Shown piece after piece: positions 12,186 through 26,266 of a DNA stretch of 64,000 nucleotides; within the stretch, counting starts at the first letter, position 1, and every line of letters begins with the position of its first letter. A program made the translations under genes and the position numbers. The DNA comes from Camelus ferus (lineage: Eukaryota), in the NCBI RefSeq assembly GCF_009834535.1, contig NC_045697.1:64048001-64112000 (forward strand), read 5' to 3'. The notes beneath the pieces are model-generated. The model ran no database searches, was not told the origin of the DNA, and was given only the letters and a program-made list of their open reading frames with translations.

Positions 12186-14635
12186 ACTATTATTATTAGA
12201 TCAAAATGAAAATATATTTTCAATGGGCAAGAGGTTATGATATTTGAAATTAATAAAATGATAAACATGACATTAATAAAAATGAAAATAAAATAATTTT
12301 TAGATTACAGCGATTTGTATGTTTCATCTCACTCTCATTATATTTTGTGCTTCATTGATTTTTTTTCTATTTAAAAATCAATTTTATATCCTTTTATGGA
12401 TGACCAACTTTAAAGCTGGTGGCCCATCTGTTTTTTCTTTGTTAGCAGACTTTTTGAGGCTACTCTGAGTTTATAAAGAAAATGATTTGTGTTGATAAAG
12501 CAGCTTCTCAAAAGAAAAACATAGCCTTAGAATTTTTTACACTCTATCGTGTTTCTAACACCCATAAACTTATCCTAAGTAGGAAAAGATGGTTAGTTAT
12601 TTGAAAAAATTTGCTATTATTAAATAAACCTCATCTCCAAGGCTCAACTCTTTACACAGTGAAAGAATGTATTTTTGAAATTCCATGCTTCTTTTAAAAA
12701 TTGGTTCTAACTTATAGGTAATGATATCCTGACCAAACATTTCCATACCAGAATTCATTTCCTGCTGTCTTACTCTTTATTTATACTATATGAAAGCATT
12801 TCAGAAAATCAGATAAAAATAACTTACTTCATCACAAATTCCAAAGCACTTTGCATACTTCATATTTCCATACATGCTTATAATATTTTGATATTGTAAA
12901 TTCTTTCAAGGACTTTTAAATAGTATTATGTCACCAAACCACCAAGTATAAAAAGGAAGTTTTGTTATTTATCCTATTTCTGTCCTGAACATGTCCCCTG
13001 AATTTTCTTAAATGATATTCAGTCTACCTTAAATTGTTCATGTGTCTGTTGGAAAACATAACCAAAGCGAATATAAAATGGCTAGTAACCTAAAAATCAC
13101 ATTTGAAGTACATCTGGAATATGTATTTTTAAATCTGGGTATATATAACTAAACTAAAATATTTAAACTTAAACAATGAAAAAATATTGCAAAAAATGAA
13201 CCAGTGAATCCAGAAAGACACTTCAAGTGATCCAGTAACCTTGGGCCAATGGTTATTTCACTCTATAAATACTTTGGTGCTTATACAGGCCAGGGCCAGG
13301 GACGGGAGCAGGAGTGAGGTATACTATTCGTCTACATTCTGTTTCCCTTTTTCAACATCATTCTTATCTACCTACATATTATTTATAACTTCTAGATACC
13401 TCCCCTTCCCATGATTTCTTTCAAGCCCCTTTCTTCAGGGATAATCTGATTCAGACAAAGGTTTAAATGACTAATAACAAACAGTGTTATACTTCAAGTT
13501 ATCTAGAAGCAAGTTCTGCATGAAGCTTGGGTATATGTTATATAATAAACTAAATTCAGAATTAATAAGCAAAGAATATCTCATAAACCTAAAGGGATTG
13601 ACACAAAGGTGAGATTTTATTATCAACAAACTGTTCAGGAATGGTACTTACTTTTTTGACAGATGAAGAGAAATCACAGAATACATGACTTGGAATTCAA
13701 AGACCTTATTTTACTGAGTCCTCTTCAGTAAGCTAATTATTATTAAGAGCCTCAGTTTTCTATTTGTAAAATGGAATTGAGTTACTTGAAAATAATTTTA
13801 ATGTACATTTACAAGGATAAATTATATTTTATGTGAAAGCCACCTATAATAAAGTATATGACAGATGAGTTGTATATTTGTAGTATCCCCTAAATTGTAC
13901 CATATATTTAATTACATCTTGCCTTTACACAGTGAGTCAAACTTACTCCTAAAAATAACTTGCCTTACGTTATACTGATATAAAGCAAGTGAGCAGTGTA
14001 AAATTGCTGTATTTTTATTTTACTCCCTTTCTCATGTTATCTTATAGGTTAGGTAAATTATGTCTTACTTTTAGAAGTCTCCCAGCAGAAAACAAGAGGC
14101 ATAAACAATAGGCTAGATTAAAAATCTATTGTTGGAGACAAGAAATACTTCCAACTTGTAAATCTACAGCAATTGGCTATAAAGCCTTTGAATTATTCAT
14201 GCAAAAGACATTATGTGAATAAAAGGATTTTTTGTGAATTTTTTTGGATACTACTTTCATTCAAGAAACACTGCACCATTATGTGCTAGATATTGGGCAT
14301 CTGGCTGTCCAGACAAGAGACTCATTTTTCATGTTGTTGTTGTAGTAGACCACAACAATTGTCCATTATTGTGCATTCCTGTGCAAACTCATAAAAATTA
14401 TTACCTACCCATTTCCTTTAGACTTACAAACTTAGCTTAAATTCTCACCGTTTGTATTTAGAAATCACACTTTTCTGGAATATCAGTTGTGCAGAATTGT
14501 ACTTTCTTAGGTTTCTCTTGAATTGAGTCCTTAGTCATATACCCTTATTGCTATTATAAGCAGTGATTGCCTGCAATTCTCATTTTTATCAAATTTTAAC
14601 TAAAGAGAACTAGAATTATCCTGAGTGGGTTACAA

Positions 14636-14661
14636 AACACACACACACACACATATACACA
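14636..14661. repeat. (CA)n microsatellite, imperfect
   Basis: acacacacacacacacatatacaca. Confidence 0.8.
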
Positions 14662-15803
14662 TTAGTTTTAAAGATAACTCATTATTGCTCCTCGGAATTT
14701 CATTCTTTTCGGAGTTCATTTTCTCTATACAGATCAGTCAACCTTATGTCTAGAGGCTTGTGGGAAACTGTTGTGAGCTTTCACTTTTCTCATGAGGAGA
14801 GGGAGATGCCTTGGCCTTTCTCTCTTGGGAACTCGGCCTTTAGCTGACCTTGTTCACATTCACCTTGCTTATCTTGTGCATGTCCTCTATCCCTGGTTGA
14901 ATCCTAAACGCCTACCAGGAGGATTTACTGCCCCTAAAGAATTCAGGAGTGAGGTTGAGCCAGAAGAAGTAATTTAACTCCAGACAATTTCCTCTTGGTA
15001 ATTTGTGCAATCTGAAAAAAAATAGGTCTTGTCTGCCAGAACCTTTGAATGTTTCTTTTTGGTTATTACTTCAACTAATTACAAGGCTTCCTGCTTGCAG
15101 AGCAGTAACGACTTCTGTATACAATCCTTCTGTGGGAGAGTATTTCTAGACCTGTAACAAAACTCTTCCTTATCACTGAAAACAGATTCCAAATCTAAGG
15201 ATACCAACAGATGCAGTAATGTGCCAACTCTTGTGCAGAAAAATGTCCTGGTATTTATAACTGCTTTAGAAATCCTTTTCCTCAGTGATGACAGGAAAAG
15301 GACAGGTTTTTTTAATAAATTGTGTTTGAATTTATACTGACACTTCAGTGGTGGTTATTCAGAAAAAGGTTACTGAAATCAAAAAAGGCATTTGCTTTTT
15401 AAGTAGTTTATGACAGTCTATTAACTCCATGTGGATGAAAAGTTATTTTTAAAACAAGAAGCCTTTGAATTGTATGCCCCATACTGTATGGTTTTTTATT
15501 GCTGTTATTGAGCAATATTTATGTTTATAAATGCTGCCAATGTTTATTAGTACTTTGAATTGGGTTAGGAAATGAGCTAATATTTTAAAAATTAATTGTA
15601 AGGGCCCAGAAGAATGTCTGGCATATAGTAAGTATTATATGTGTTTAGAAAATAAAATAGAAGTTATAAAAGCTTAATTTCACCTTCTAGTGGCTGTAAA
15701 TGATCTTTTTAAAAGGATAGCAGTTTATTTGTATGATTATTTTTAGAGGTACTGCATTGGTCACTTTTATCTGTATGATTTAAAGAAGCATTTTGGTTTA
15801 TGC

Positions 15804-16009
15804 CAGTAATTCTCAACTGGGGGCAACTTTGCCCTCCAGGAGACATTTTGGTTGTGATAACTGGGTGCAGGTACTACTGGCATTTATAGGGAGAAGCAAA
15901 GAATACTGGTAAAAATCCTGCAATTCACTGGGCAGTCCCCTAAAACAAAACTAAATCTAAATATAAATAGTCCCAAATGTAAATAGTTCTGAGGTTGAGA
16001 AAACCCCTG
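15804..16009 (+). mobile_element. MER20 (hAT-Charlie), near full length
   Basis: cagtaattctcaactgggggcaactttgccctccaggagacattttggttgtg ... gaggttgagaaaacccctg: both MER20 termini present. Confidence 0.85.
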
Positions 16010-16225
16010 CCTTAGAGCTTGAGTTCTGAAATCTAAATATTTGAGCTCCAATCCACATTATGCTATTCACTAAGCCCTGGGATCCTGGTAATCACTTAAA
16101 TGTAAGAGTTTCAGTCTCTTCATCATTAAATTTGCTATGATAAAATCTTCTAATAAGGATTGAACATAATAATACAGAGAAATATCTTGGCACATTGTAA
16201 GTAGTCACTAAATCTTTGCTACTAA
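16010..16225 (+). mobile_element. MIR SINE
   Basis: ttagagcttgagttctgaaatc...tcagtctcttcatcattaaa...cttggcacattgtaagtagtcactaaat. Confidence 0.65.
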
Positions 16226-17065
16226 TATAAATAAAATCTTGATAAAGTGATTTATCTGCTTCCTAGTCATTTTTTCCCTAAAATTATACAACATACACTC
16301 TCTTGAGCTTAGTATATTCAAGACTTCTTTCCCACCCTAGATGTTTTCACCATCAGGCATCAGATAGACAACAAGGTCTTGAAAGCACTCATCATCATCT
16401 TATTCCATTTTTGTTGTTGTTGTAATTAATTCTGTAGTATTTTGCACAAGATTCAAGGCTTGCTTGGAATTTAATAAAGGCAAATAAAGCTTTCTAAAGA
16501 CTATAAATCCTACTGTTGTTTTTTCCTTGGCATAACTTTAAATCACTTGATATAACTCAATTCTCTGATAGGCTCAGGGTTAAGTCAACTGTGGACTTCA
16601 TTAAAACTAAAATAGAAACTAATTTGATGGAGTTTTACAAAAAAAAAGATCTTGATATCTCCTTCAGTAGTAGATTCCATAGATAGTATAGCATTTGTTT
16701 GGAACAGTATAGAACCCATCCTATGAAAGTAGGACAATAGAGTTTCCTTAAGTGTGTGCTTCAACAGGAAGAGGACTATGTACAGAATAATTCCTTTTCA
16801 TTCTTCTCTAAAATGTGTCATAATTCTAACTTGGCCTGTATTTAAGAGGATTTATAAAGATTATTAAAAAAAGAGTATTAAAGTGACCCTTATGTTGGTC
16901 TCCAGGGCTAACTGGATAGAAAGGTTGAAGACACAATAGGAAAACTCAATATACTCCATTAAAGATGTTTAAAAAGTATTCTGGTTTGTATTTTAGAAGA
17001 AAATTTGCTCACATTGAGGATAAGAAAAGATTTATAGGCAAAACTTATAAAGTGATACAATCTAT

Positions 17066-19174
17066 TTCTATTCAACACAGTACTGGAAGTCCTAGCCATC
17101 AGACAAGAAAAAGAAATAAAAGGGATCCAAATTGGAAGGGAAGTGGTAAAATTGTCACTATATGCAGATGATATGATACTATATATATATAAAACCCTAA
17201 AGACTCCATTAAAAAAAACTACTAGAGCTGATAAATGAATTAATCAAGGCAGTGTGATACAAGATTAATATACAGAAATCTGTTGCATTACTTTACACTA
17301 ACAATGAAATATTAGGAAAGTAGAAAAACATATCCTTTTAAAATTGCATCAAAAAATAAAATACTTTGGAATAAACCTGACCAAGGAAATGAAAGAACTA
17401 TTTTTTAAAAAAAGGAAATTGAAGATTATTTAAAGAAATGGAACAATATCGCATGCTCTTGGATTGGAAAAATTAATATTGTTGAAATGGTCATACTACC
17501 GAAAGTAATCTACAGATTTCATGCAATCCCTATCAAACTACCCAGGACATTTTTCACAGAACTAGAACAAATGACCCTAAAATTTGTATGGAATCACAAA
17601 AGACCCAAAACTGTCAAAGCCATACCAAGAAAAAGAACAAAGCTGGAGTCATAACCCTCTCAGACTTCAGATAATACTACAAAGTTATAATCAAAACAGT
17701 GTAATCTTGGCACAAACACAGACGTATATGGGTCAATGGAACAGAATAGAGAGCCCAGAAATAAACCTATACACGTATGATCAGTTAGTCCTTTACAAAG
17801 GAGGCAAGAATATACAATGGAGAAAAGACAGTCCCTTCGGCAAGTGGTGTTGGGAAAGCTGGATGACTGCATGTAAATCAGTGATGTTAGAACATTCCCT
17901 CACACCATATATGAAAATAAACTCAAAAAAATGGCTTGAAGACATAAACATAAGACAGAACACCATAAATCTCCTAGAAGAAAATATAGGCAAAACATTC
18001 TGTGACATAAATCCTAGCAATATTCTCCCACGTTTGTCTATCAACGCAATGGAAATAAAAAGAAAAATAAACAAGTGGGACCTAATTAAATTTATAAGCT
18101 TTTGCACAGCAATCAACACCATAAACAAAACCTAAAGACAGCCTACAGAATGAGAGAAAATATTTGCAAATGATGCAACTGATAAGGGCCTAATTTCCAG
18201 AAAATACATATATATATATGGCTCATACAACTCAATAACAAAAAAACAAACAACCCAATCAAAAACCAGGCAGAAGGCCTAAACAGACATTTCACCGATG
18301 AAGACATACAGATGGTCAAGAGGCACATGAAAAAATGCTCAGTATCGCTAATTACCAGAGAAATGCAAATCAAAACTACTATGAGGTATCACTTCACACT
18401 GGTCAGAATGGCCATTATTAAAAAATTCACAAATGACAAACACTGGAGAGGGTGTGGCGAAAAAGGAATCCTCATACATGTTGGTAGGAATGTAGTTTGG
18501 TGCAGCCATTATGGAGAACAGTATGTGGATTCCTCAAAAAACTAAAGATAGACTTACCCTATCATCTAGCAATCCCACTCCTAGGCAAATATCCAGAGAA
18601 AACTTCAATTTGAAAAGATACATGCACCCCAATGTTCATAACAGCACTATTTACAAGAGCCAAGACGTGGAATCAACATAAATGCCCATCAACACATGAT
18701 TGGATAAGGAAGATGTGATGTATGCATACGATGGAAGATGATTCAGCTATAAAAAAGAATTAAATAATGCCATTTACAGCATCACGGATGGACCTAAAGA
18801 TTATCATACTAAGTGAAGTCAGAAAGTAAATGACAAATACATGATATCACTAACATATAAAATCTAAAAAAGAATGATACAAATGAACTTATTTACAAAA
18901 CAGACTCACAGACATAGAAAACAAATTTACGGTTATCAGTGGAGAATGGAAGGGGGCAGAAAAGTTAGGAATTTGGGATTTGCAGATACTACTATATATA
19001 AAATAGATAAATGACAAGGTCCTACTGTTTAGCACAGGGATCTATATTCAATATCTTATAATAACCTATAATGATAAAGATTGTGAAAAAGAATATATAT
19101 ATATATATATGTATAACTGAATCACTATGCTGTACAACAGAAACTAACACAACATTATAAATCAACTATACTTA
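17066..19174 (+). mobile_element. 5'-truncated LINE-1 (ORF2 RT/C-terminal remnant plus 3' UTR), youngest L1 in the window, cetartiodactyl-type
   Basis: YADD motif (tatgcagatgat, 17161-17172). ORF-track peptides match ORF2p ([39 protein letters not shown]). Perfect 17-bp TSD AAAGTGATACAATCTAT at 17049-17065 and 19175-19191. Confidence 0.97.
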
Positions 19175-21099
19175 AAAGTGATACAATCTATGTTATATTG
19201 TCATTAAACAACAAAGCAGTTTAATGCAATTATTTATACAAATAATTATACAGTAAAGAAAATGGAAATTATTACATTTAAGACTTACAGATTTTAATAT
19301 TTTACTTATTAGCAAGTTATATTTGTACATGCCTTTATTCAAAGTGCTTTTCATATATGTAATTATATTTTACAGTACACAGATGACTTCTTGATATCAC
19401 AGTATTAAAAGTTTCTATTATCCTGCCTTTAGATTAATGAATTTATTTTAATAATTAAATTAATATAGTTTGTTCTGTCATTGATTGTACTACCTCAGCT
19501 CCTGCCATCATCATTTATTTTCTGCACTAATGAAGTGACCTATTCAATTAATATTCAGGTTACAAAGCCAGTGTCAAATGGGTCTCGTGTGTTGAGTCTA
19601 TATTTTAAGTAGTATAGGGCTTCTACTACTACTACAGCACCACAATTTATTATTTTTATAAATTAGAGAAGATTATGGATCCCGAATGTTAGCATAAATG
19701 GAAGAAAAAAAGAGTTAAGGATATTTTAATAGGAGTATTTTCATAACCCTGGTTTTGGCCAAAGAAATATGTCTTTATATGTCATGTTGACAAATGGGGA
19801 CAAAAGAGATTAAGAAGTACTGCTCTACAATAACTCTTTAAACTCATTTTCTACAGTCTTGACAAAATGTACCAAAGGAGATTTTTTTCTGTTGCTTTTA
19901 TATCTAATGCTTTAGGTATATCAGTTTAAATAGATCAAAGTAATCAACTCATCAGTGAGAGAAAAATATCAAGAGACAGAACATTCCATATTAGATAAGC
20001 TGTATCAGTAAGGGAAAAAATACAGTAGTCGATTCTTCTTTGGACTGTATAAATATTAAGGAGTTACTGGTAAGTGCTAGGCACGATTAGGAGCAGTGGA
20101 CTCAGCATTAAGCAAGGCAGGCAATGCCCCCTACCCTTATGAAATTTTATTTTAGTTGGCTTGGGTACAGGAATGGGTAAAGGTCAGTGTCTACTGTTGA
20201 ACATAAAACATACAGTATTCTGCATTGCGTATGTTGCTTACTAGATCTAGAGGCTCATTAGTGGGAAGCCATAAACTTATTCAGGAGGCATGTTTCTCGT
20301 TGTGATTACCCAAGTTACTACTTAGCTTCTCCTGCTACAAGAACTCTGACTAGTGATAATGCTGGCTTACTTTAACATAATTTTATGTATATCTCTTATT
20401 TGAACTCAAATTATGTTAATATTTTCAGTAATCTTTTTGATTTGGTAAAATACTATTTAACATTAGCCGTTCTTCTAATGTAATGCCTTTTTTTCTAGTT
20501 AGCTATTGGGAATTGTTTCAAGTATTTCTATTCCTTTAGGAACAATTCTAGTTGTAAAACAATACTATTTTTGGTTAAGTGAAAAGCATTTGTGGAAAAA
20601 TATGTTTTAAAATCAAATAAAATAATCAAGTTTTAATCTGTGTGAGAAACTACAAAGTTGTTGCCTGATATTTTTAGCAATTACCAATATAGTTCACATA
20701 CAAAAAAGTCTTCAAAAGTAAATTATGAGATTCATTCATCAATGATTCAAACATTGCTCTCCTCCTTATAAATTCTATCATCATATCATCCTGCCTTAAT
20801 GAAAACTGGGCTGTGCACACTGACATGATTATTGTATTTCTATTTTGCATCAGTTATGAGATAATTTTTAAATGTAATAAAACCCCTAAAATCAGGATAA
20901 ATCTTATAGTCACTACTCTCAACCAGGTTGCAGTTGCAGTGGCGTTTACATTGCTTTAAGTGTGTGGATTTTATCATAGCTTCATATTGTCCTTTCTTCA
21001 ATTGAGTTATATGCAGTGTTGGTACTACGTGTGCTGAGTTACCAATAATATTTTCAAAAAGGTTTTACTATAATTTTGTATTATAGCAAAGTTATTTTG

Positions 21100-21500
21100 T
21101 ATATGAAAAGCCAAGGAAAGAAAGAGGGTATTAACTTCAATTATTAGTGAAAAAAATTTTTGTAATTGCATTGCCTTCAATTTCATACTTTTTTCTAAAG
21201 TAAAAACCAAATGCTTTATGACATCTAAGTAAGAAATATACTCACATATAAATGAAGTTGTATCACTGAAACAAATGCAAAATGACTGTCTATCAAACCT
21301 AAGAAAGGAAACTGAAAACAGAAGAAATTGGAATGAGAGGCTAGTGACTGATGAATGAGTACACCATAAACAAGGAAAAACAAATGTGCATTTTGTTTAT
21401 TTTTAATTAGCATCATAAGTTTTGTTTTTCTTTCTTAGTGGTACATAAAATAATAATGTATTGTAAAATCAGTCATCTTGGATTCAATGAAATGCAGACT
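21100..21500. mobile_element. Ancient Tigger-like DNA transposon remnant
   Basis: The end ggtacataaaataataatgtattgtaaaatcagtcatcttggattcaatgaaatgcag resembles old TcMar-Tigger termini. Extent uncertain. Confidence 0.4.
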
Positions 21501-22171
21501 ATATACTCTATCAAAGTAATGAGAGGGGAAAAAAATTACAGGGAAAAAGAGAATCTTCACATTTGACTTATTAATCACTAAATTTGCCATCCATCTATCC
21601 TCTTCAAGTTACTCTAAGGATAGGCAATAAAATAGCTGTTTGACAACTAAACTGTCTAAAAACTAACATAATTATATTAGTTTGTGGGAATTTAATTCCA
21701 GTTTTAAGAAAGATGTGGCTAGTCATGTGTCTGAAAGTTCCCTTTGAGGATGTGATCCTAAGAGCTTCAGAAGGAATTAACATCAATTAGCAGCGTGATG
21801 AAAAACTACTTCTCTCTGGGCCGTGGCCACCAAATGCACATGTATAAATATGCCAAAATATACTTTTATGTTTTGAATCAAGGGGATCATTCCTGTGTTC
21901 GTCTACATGGAAAAAAACTATATTTAAATGCAGACTTTTAGAACTGGAAGAGGACTGAGTAAATATTAGTTTCTTTAAGATTTAATTTTTATCTTCTGTT
22001 TTGTCATCTCTTTCAGTAAGCCCAGAAACAAAGCCCAGAAAAGTTAGTCATCAGAGATAACACAGTTTGATAGCAATACAGTCAAGATTAAAGTCTTTGG
22101 CCCAACGTTCAATGTTCTTTTCATTGTGCCAAACTGTCCCATAACATTAAATACAAAAATAGGATAATGGG

Positions 22172-22589
22172 TGTAGTGGGAGCTATTGTGTGCTCCCGAG
22201 TTCTCTTTCCCTCTGCCCCAAACACACACAGACATACGCACACATTTTCACAACTGAAGTCTTCATTTTTACAATTGGTGAAAAAGTTGGCAGGTGGTTA
22301 TAGACCGCCAATGTCCAATCACTTGCTATTCCAAAAATATAAGGCTCCCAATTACTTGCCTAAATTGGGGACAACTCTGAAGAATCACCCCAGCTTCAGA
22401 TATCCCTGTGTAATCATCTGAGATAGTTTAATCTCACAGAATTTAACCTCTCCCTCTGCTAGACCATCTTGCTTTCTTTATCCTCCCCCAGGCATTGGCT
22501 TGAGAATACTCTCCAAAAAAGTTTTTGTTACTTCTCAAATTATTTAAATATTTGTCTCTGAGTCTATTCTGGGGAACCAAATTATGATA
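22172..22589 (+). mobile_element. LTR16-type ERVL solo LTR
   Basis: Begins TGTAGTGGG. Contains gggacaactctgaagaatcaccccagcttcaga and ends gtctctgagtctattctggggaaccaaattatgata, typical of LTR16. Confidence 0.75.
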
Positions 22590-22789
22590 ATAAATGTAAA
22601 ATTACTCAAATATTCTGGAGTAAATTACTTTGCTTTTTAAAATGAAGACTGAAGTACACAAAGTGGTTTAACTTCTAAAGGATGAAATGAGCATCTATCA
22701 AAGTAATTTCTAGCTTTATTGGTCACTTTCTTTTGTTACTGTAATTATTATTGATGCTATCATCTAAGGTAACTAGTCTTCAGGTATAA

Positions 22790-23010
22790 TATTAGATATT
22801 TCATACACAGTAATTCATTGAATGTTAACAATAATCCTGTATGTAGATACAGATGTGAATGCAAATCTTCATTTCACAAATGAGGAAATTGGAGATTTAG
22901 GAAGGGTAAGTGACTTGCCATGGTCACTTGCTAGAAATTGTCTGATTCTGGTTGATTCTCACATTAGACCTGAAGCTTCTTCAAGTCATTTCTCTCATGA
23001 ACAGCATTGT
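22790..23010 (-). mobile_element. MIR SINE
   Basis: cttcatttcacaaatgaggaaattggagatttaggaagggtaagtgacttgccatggtcac (reverse MIR core). Confidence 0.8.
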
Positions 23011-25554
23011 CTCCCATCATGTAATACAGTACCGTGGTCTCAATAAAACCCAATGAATATTTATCAAATTAATAAATGAATCCTTATATGTCTGACTCCA
23101 AATCCATGGCATTAGCCCTGGGCTTAATGGTGAACATCACAAAGAACTAAAAAAAAAAAAAAAAAAAACCCATCTAAGATGTCAAAAGCAAGCTATGCTA
23201 AACAAATAAGAGTGGATAATTTAAATATGAATAAATATGTCTTTCTTTAAATAGTGAAGGTTAGATCCTTCATTGTGATTCTTTTTGTGGTAGATGCACA
23301 GGCCCCTTGTAGTATCAGATGTTATACCAGAGAGGGAGGACTGATGTTGCCTATGGGACTGAGTTATCTGATCCCTATCAGTATGTCCTTATTAAAAATG
23401 TATATTCAACTTAATATCCCAGGAAGGTTAAAATGATCACATAATATAACAAACATTTCCTCAAATGTAATGTTAAAGTAATGGAAATGAAGTCTCAACC
23501 CATCCCCTCAACGTTCCTAGGCAGCATGTATAGAAATAGAATAGAAATGTTAATTATCATGATGAATTAACCAAGGTCTCTTTTGTCCTGAAACATTTTC
23601 TCAGAATATTTCGCATCCATTATATTTCTAACATTTGGATACAAATATTAAGCACAGTGTGATTTGAGGATCTGTCAGTAACTGATTCAACAGTTAAATA
23701 AGCATCTTACAGAATTAAAGTCACAAAGATGAAGAGAAAATAAAATCTCACATTGCTAAGTAGGTCTAAATACCCAGATTACTGGAAAAGAGCCAAGAAG
23801 AAGTTAATCAGAAAAGTTCCTGAATAATGATAATTGAATCAGAATAGTTTTGTTTTTGTTTTTTTCACCCACCCCCAAAGAAATCCCTGAAACATCTGTA
23901 ATTCATACAGTGCTTCCTTTATACAATCAGGTAACCAGCCTGGCTATCTTTACTCCAAATCTATGGAAGGGTTAAAATGGTAGATTAGAAATAATAGAAA
24001 GGGTCTGGTATAAGAAAGCACAAATTAAAAAACTAGAATGGCAATTTACTGCAAACATCAAGACAATTAAACAACAACAAAAAAAGAAAAGATATGGTTA
24101 ACAAAATACCTCAATTTGAAATCACTGAGTATAAGGACACCCTGAAGATATTCCCTAATAGACTTAAGTTTTACAGAAAATTGGAGAGCTGCATCTCAGG
24201 AATAATAATCTTAAAGTATCAATTTAAGTTACAGTGTGGTTCTACATGTACTTACTTTACTTTAGAAAAATGTGATACATTTTTGAAATATTCCCATGGA
24301 AATACTGGGAGGCTGAATGAATTCGTGGTTAATCAAGTAGACTATCCTGCATCACAAAGTCTCTGTGCTTCAGCTTTCCAGCCTATTTAACAGGAATAAT
24401 AGAAGATACCCTGAAAGACTTTTGTGGGGGTTCAATATGTAAGAGATCAGAAGAATGCTTGCCATATGATACATAATAAATACTATATATTATCTCAATC
24501 AGAAAAACTTTATTCAGCAAATATTTATTAAATGCTTAATACATGCCAGAGAAGTGGATCAGGAGGTTAGACTGGATATAGGAGAAGTGGACAACTTAAA
24601 GTTGAATTTTTGCAGTACATCAGCAAGGACTTGATTTAAAGGTGTATGAGGAAAAAGAGAAAAGGGGATTATTTGGGCAAGAATAGGTTTCAGGGTCAAA
24701 ATCATGTTTGTTTGGTTTTATGTTAGATTACCCATGTTAATTAATCAAACTGACAGTGGCTGGATAAACAAATTGGGGCTTGTGGTAGAGATCATGTTTG
24801 GAGAAATGGTTTTCTAAGGAACAATGAAAAGATGGGTATTAGAAATTATGCCATTTAGATGGTACGCAGAAATTTCCACTGGCTTCTTCAGCACATTTTG
24901 TACTAGCCTACTGCCACGTGTGCTATTCTCTTCTCTCATCTCCTTCTCTTCCCTTTTCTCCTCCTCCTTTGTGACAACAATAAATCTTTCACATTTTTTT
25001 TTTTTTTTGCCACCAGAGCAATAAACCAGCTAGTCAGTTTCCATATCAATGTACTTTTCTAAACCAAGGCAGTGCCCTCTTCAAGAGAAATTCTGGCACC
25101 AACCTGTAATCTTTGCTTCCTCCATGACATGATTCAATAAGCTATGTCTTGTTCCCATCATTAGAGTACAAACTTCTTGTGAGAAATAAAGTGGCAAATA
25201 TTCATGGACCTTATTTTGATTAATAAAGTGCATCCAAAAGCCTAAATGAAACATGTGCTGAGATTTCTTCTAAGTGCTCTATTATTCACTGTAGGTCATT
25301 GGAATGACTTTTTTTTTTTTAGTTCCTTAAATTTCTAGGTTACCACTTTGCTGATACGAATCATAATATTGATAATTCTAAAACTCTCTGAGAGTACACT
25401 CAAGTAAATATAGCATGTTAAATCCAACAAAAATTATAGCTTCATATGTGGATGTTTATTACTTATTAAAATAATATGTATTCTCCAAGAAAACCATTGA
25501 ATTCAAATTTAGAAAATTAAATAAATAAATTTCAAATGCCTTTTAGTTCAACTT

Positions 25555-26048
25555 TGAAACAAAATGAGTTGTCAAGCCATGAAAAGCCATCAAGGAACCT
25601 GAAATGCATGTTACTAAGTGAAGTAAGCCAGTCTGGAAGACTGTGTACTGTATGAGTCCAATTATATGACATTCTGAAAAGGCAAAACTATGCAGATAGT
25701 GGTTGCTAAGAGTTGGAGGAGGAGGAGAGAGATAAGGACAGGGAATTTTAGGGCACTGAAAAGACTCTGTATGGTATTATAATAATGAATCAATGTCATT
25801 ATAAATTTATCGAAACCCATAGAATGTAGAACTCCAAGAGTGAACCCTAAGGTATACTATGGACTTTGGGTGATTATGATGTGTCATTGTAGGTTCATCC
25901 CTCATAAAAAGTACCACCATTCTGTTGAGTAATGTTGATAATAATGGAAGTTATGAATGTGCAGGGGCAGAGGGTATATGAGAAATCTTGGTACCTTCCT
26001 CTCAATTTTGTTGCCAACTTGAAACTGCTCTTAAAAATGTATTTTAAT
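25555..26048 (+). mobile_element. Old L1 3' UTR fragment (L1MC-like)
   Basis: gtgaaccctaaggtatactatggactttgggtgattatgatgtgtc...cttcctctcaattttg...aaactgctcttaaaaat. Confidence 0.85.
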
Positions 26049-26266
26049 AAGTGCCTTTTAGAGTAAATTACCCATTTAACCACTATTTGTAGTAGTATTA
26101 TACTAGGAAATTTAATCTCATGGAGAAGTCTTCTGATTGTTTTTTAAGCCTTATTGAAAACTTAGGGTTTTGAACACAAATGTGAAAACACCACTCTGTA
26201 TTCGAGGTGTGGTATGAATGTAGTTTTTTTTAAAGACATCTTTTCCTTTCTATGTCTTTACCATAG

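Noticed and set aside
17584..18545. 183-aa and 77-aa ORFs as functional genes
   Set aside because: They are frameshifted fragments of L1 ORF2p.
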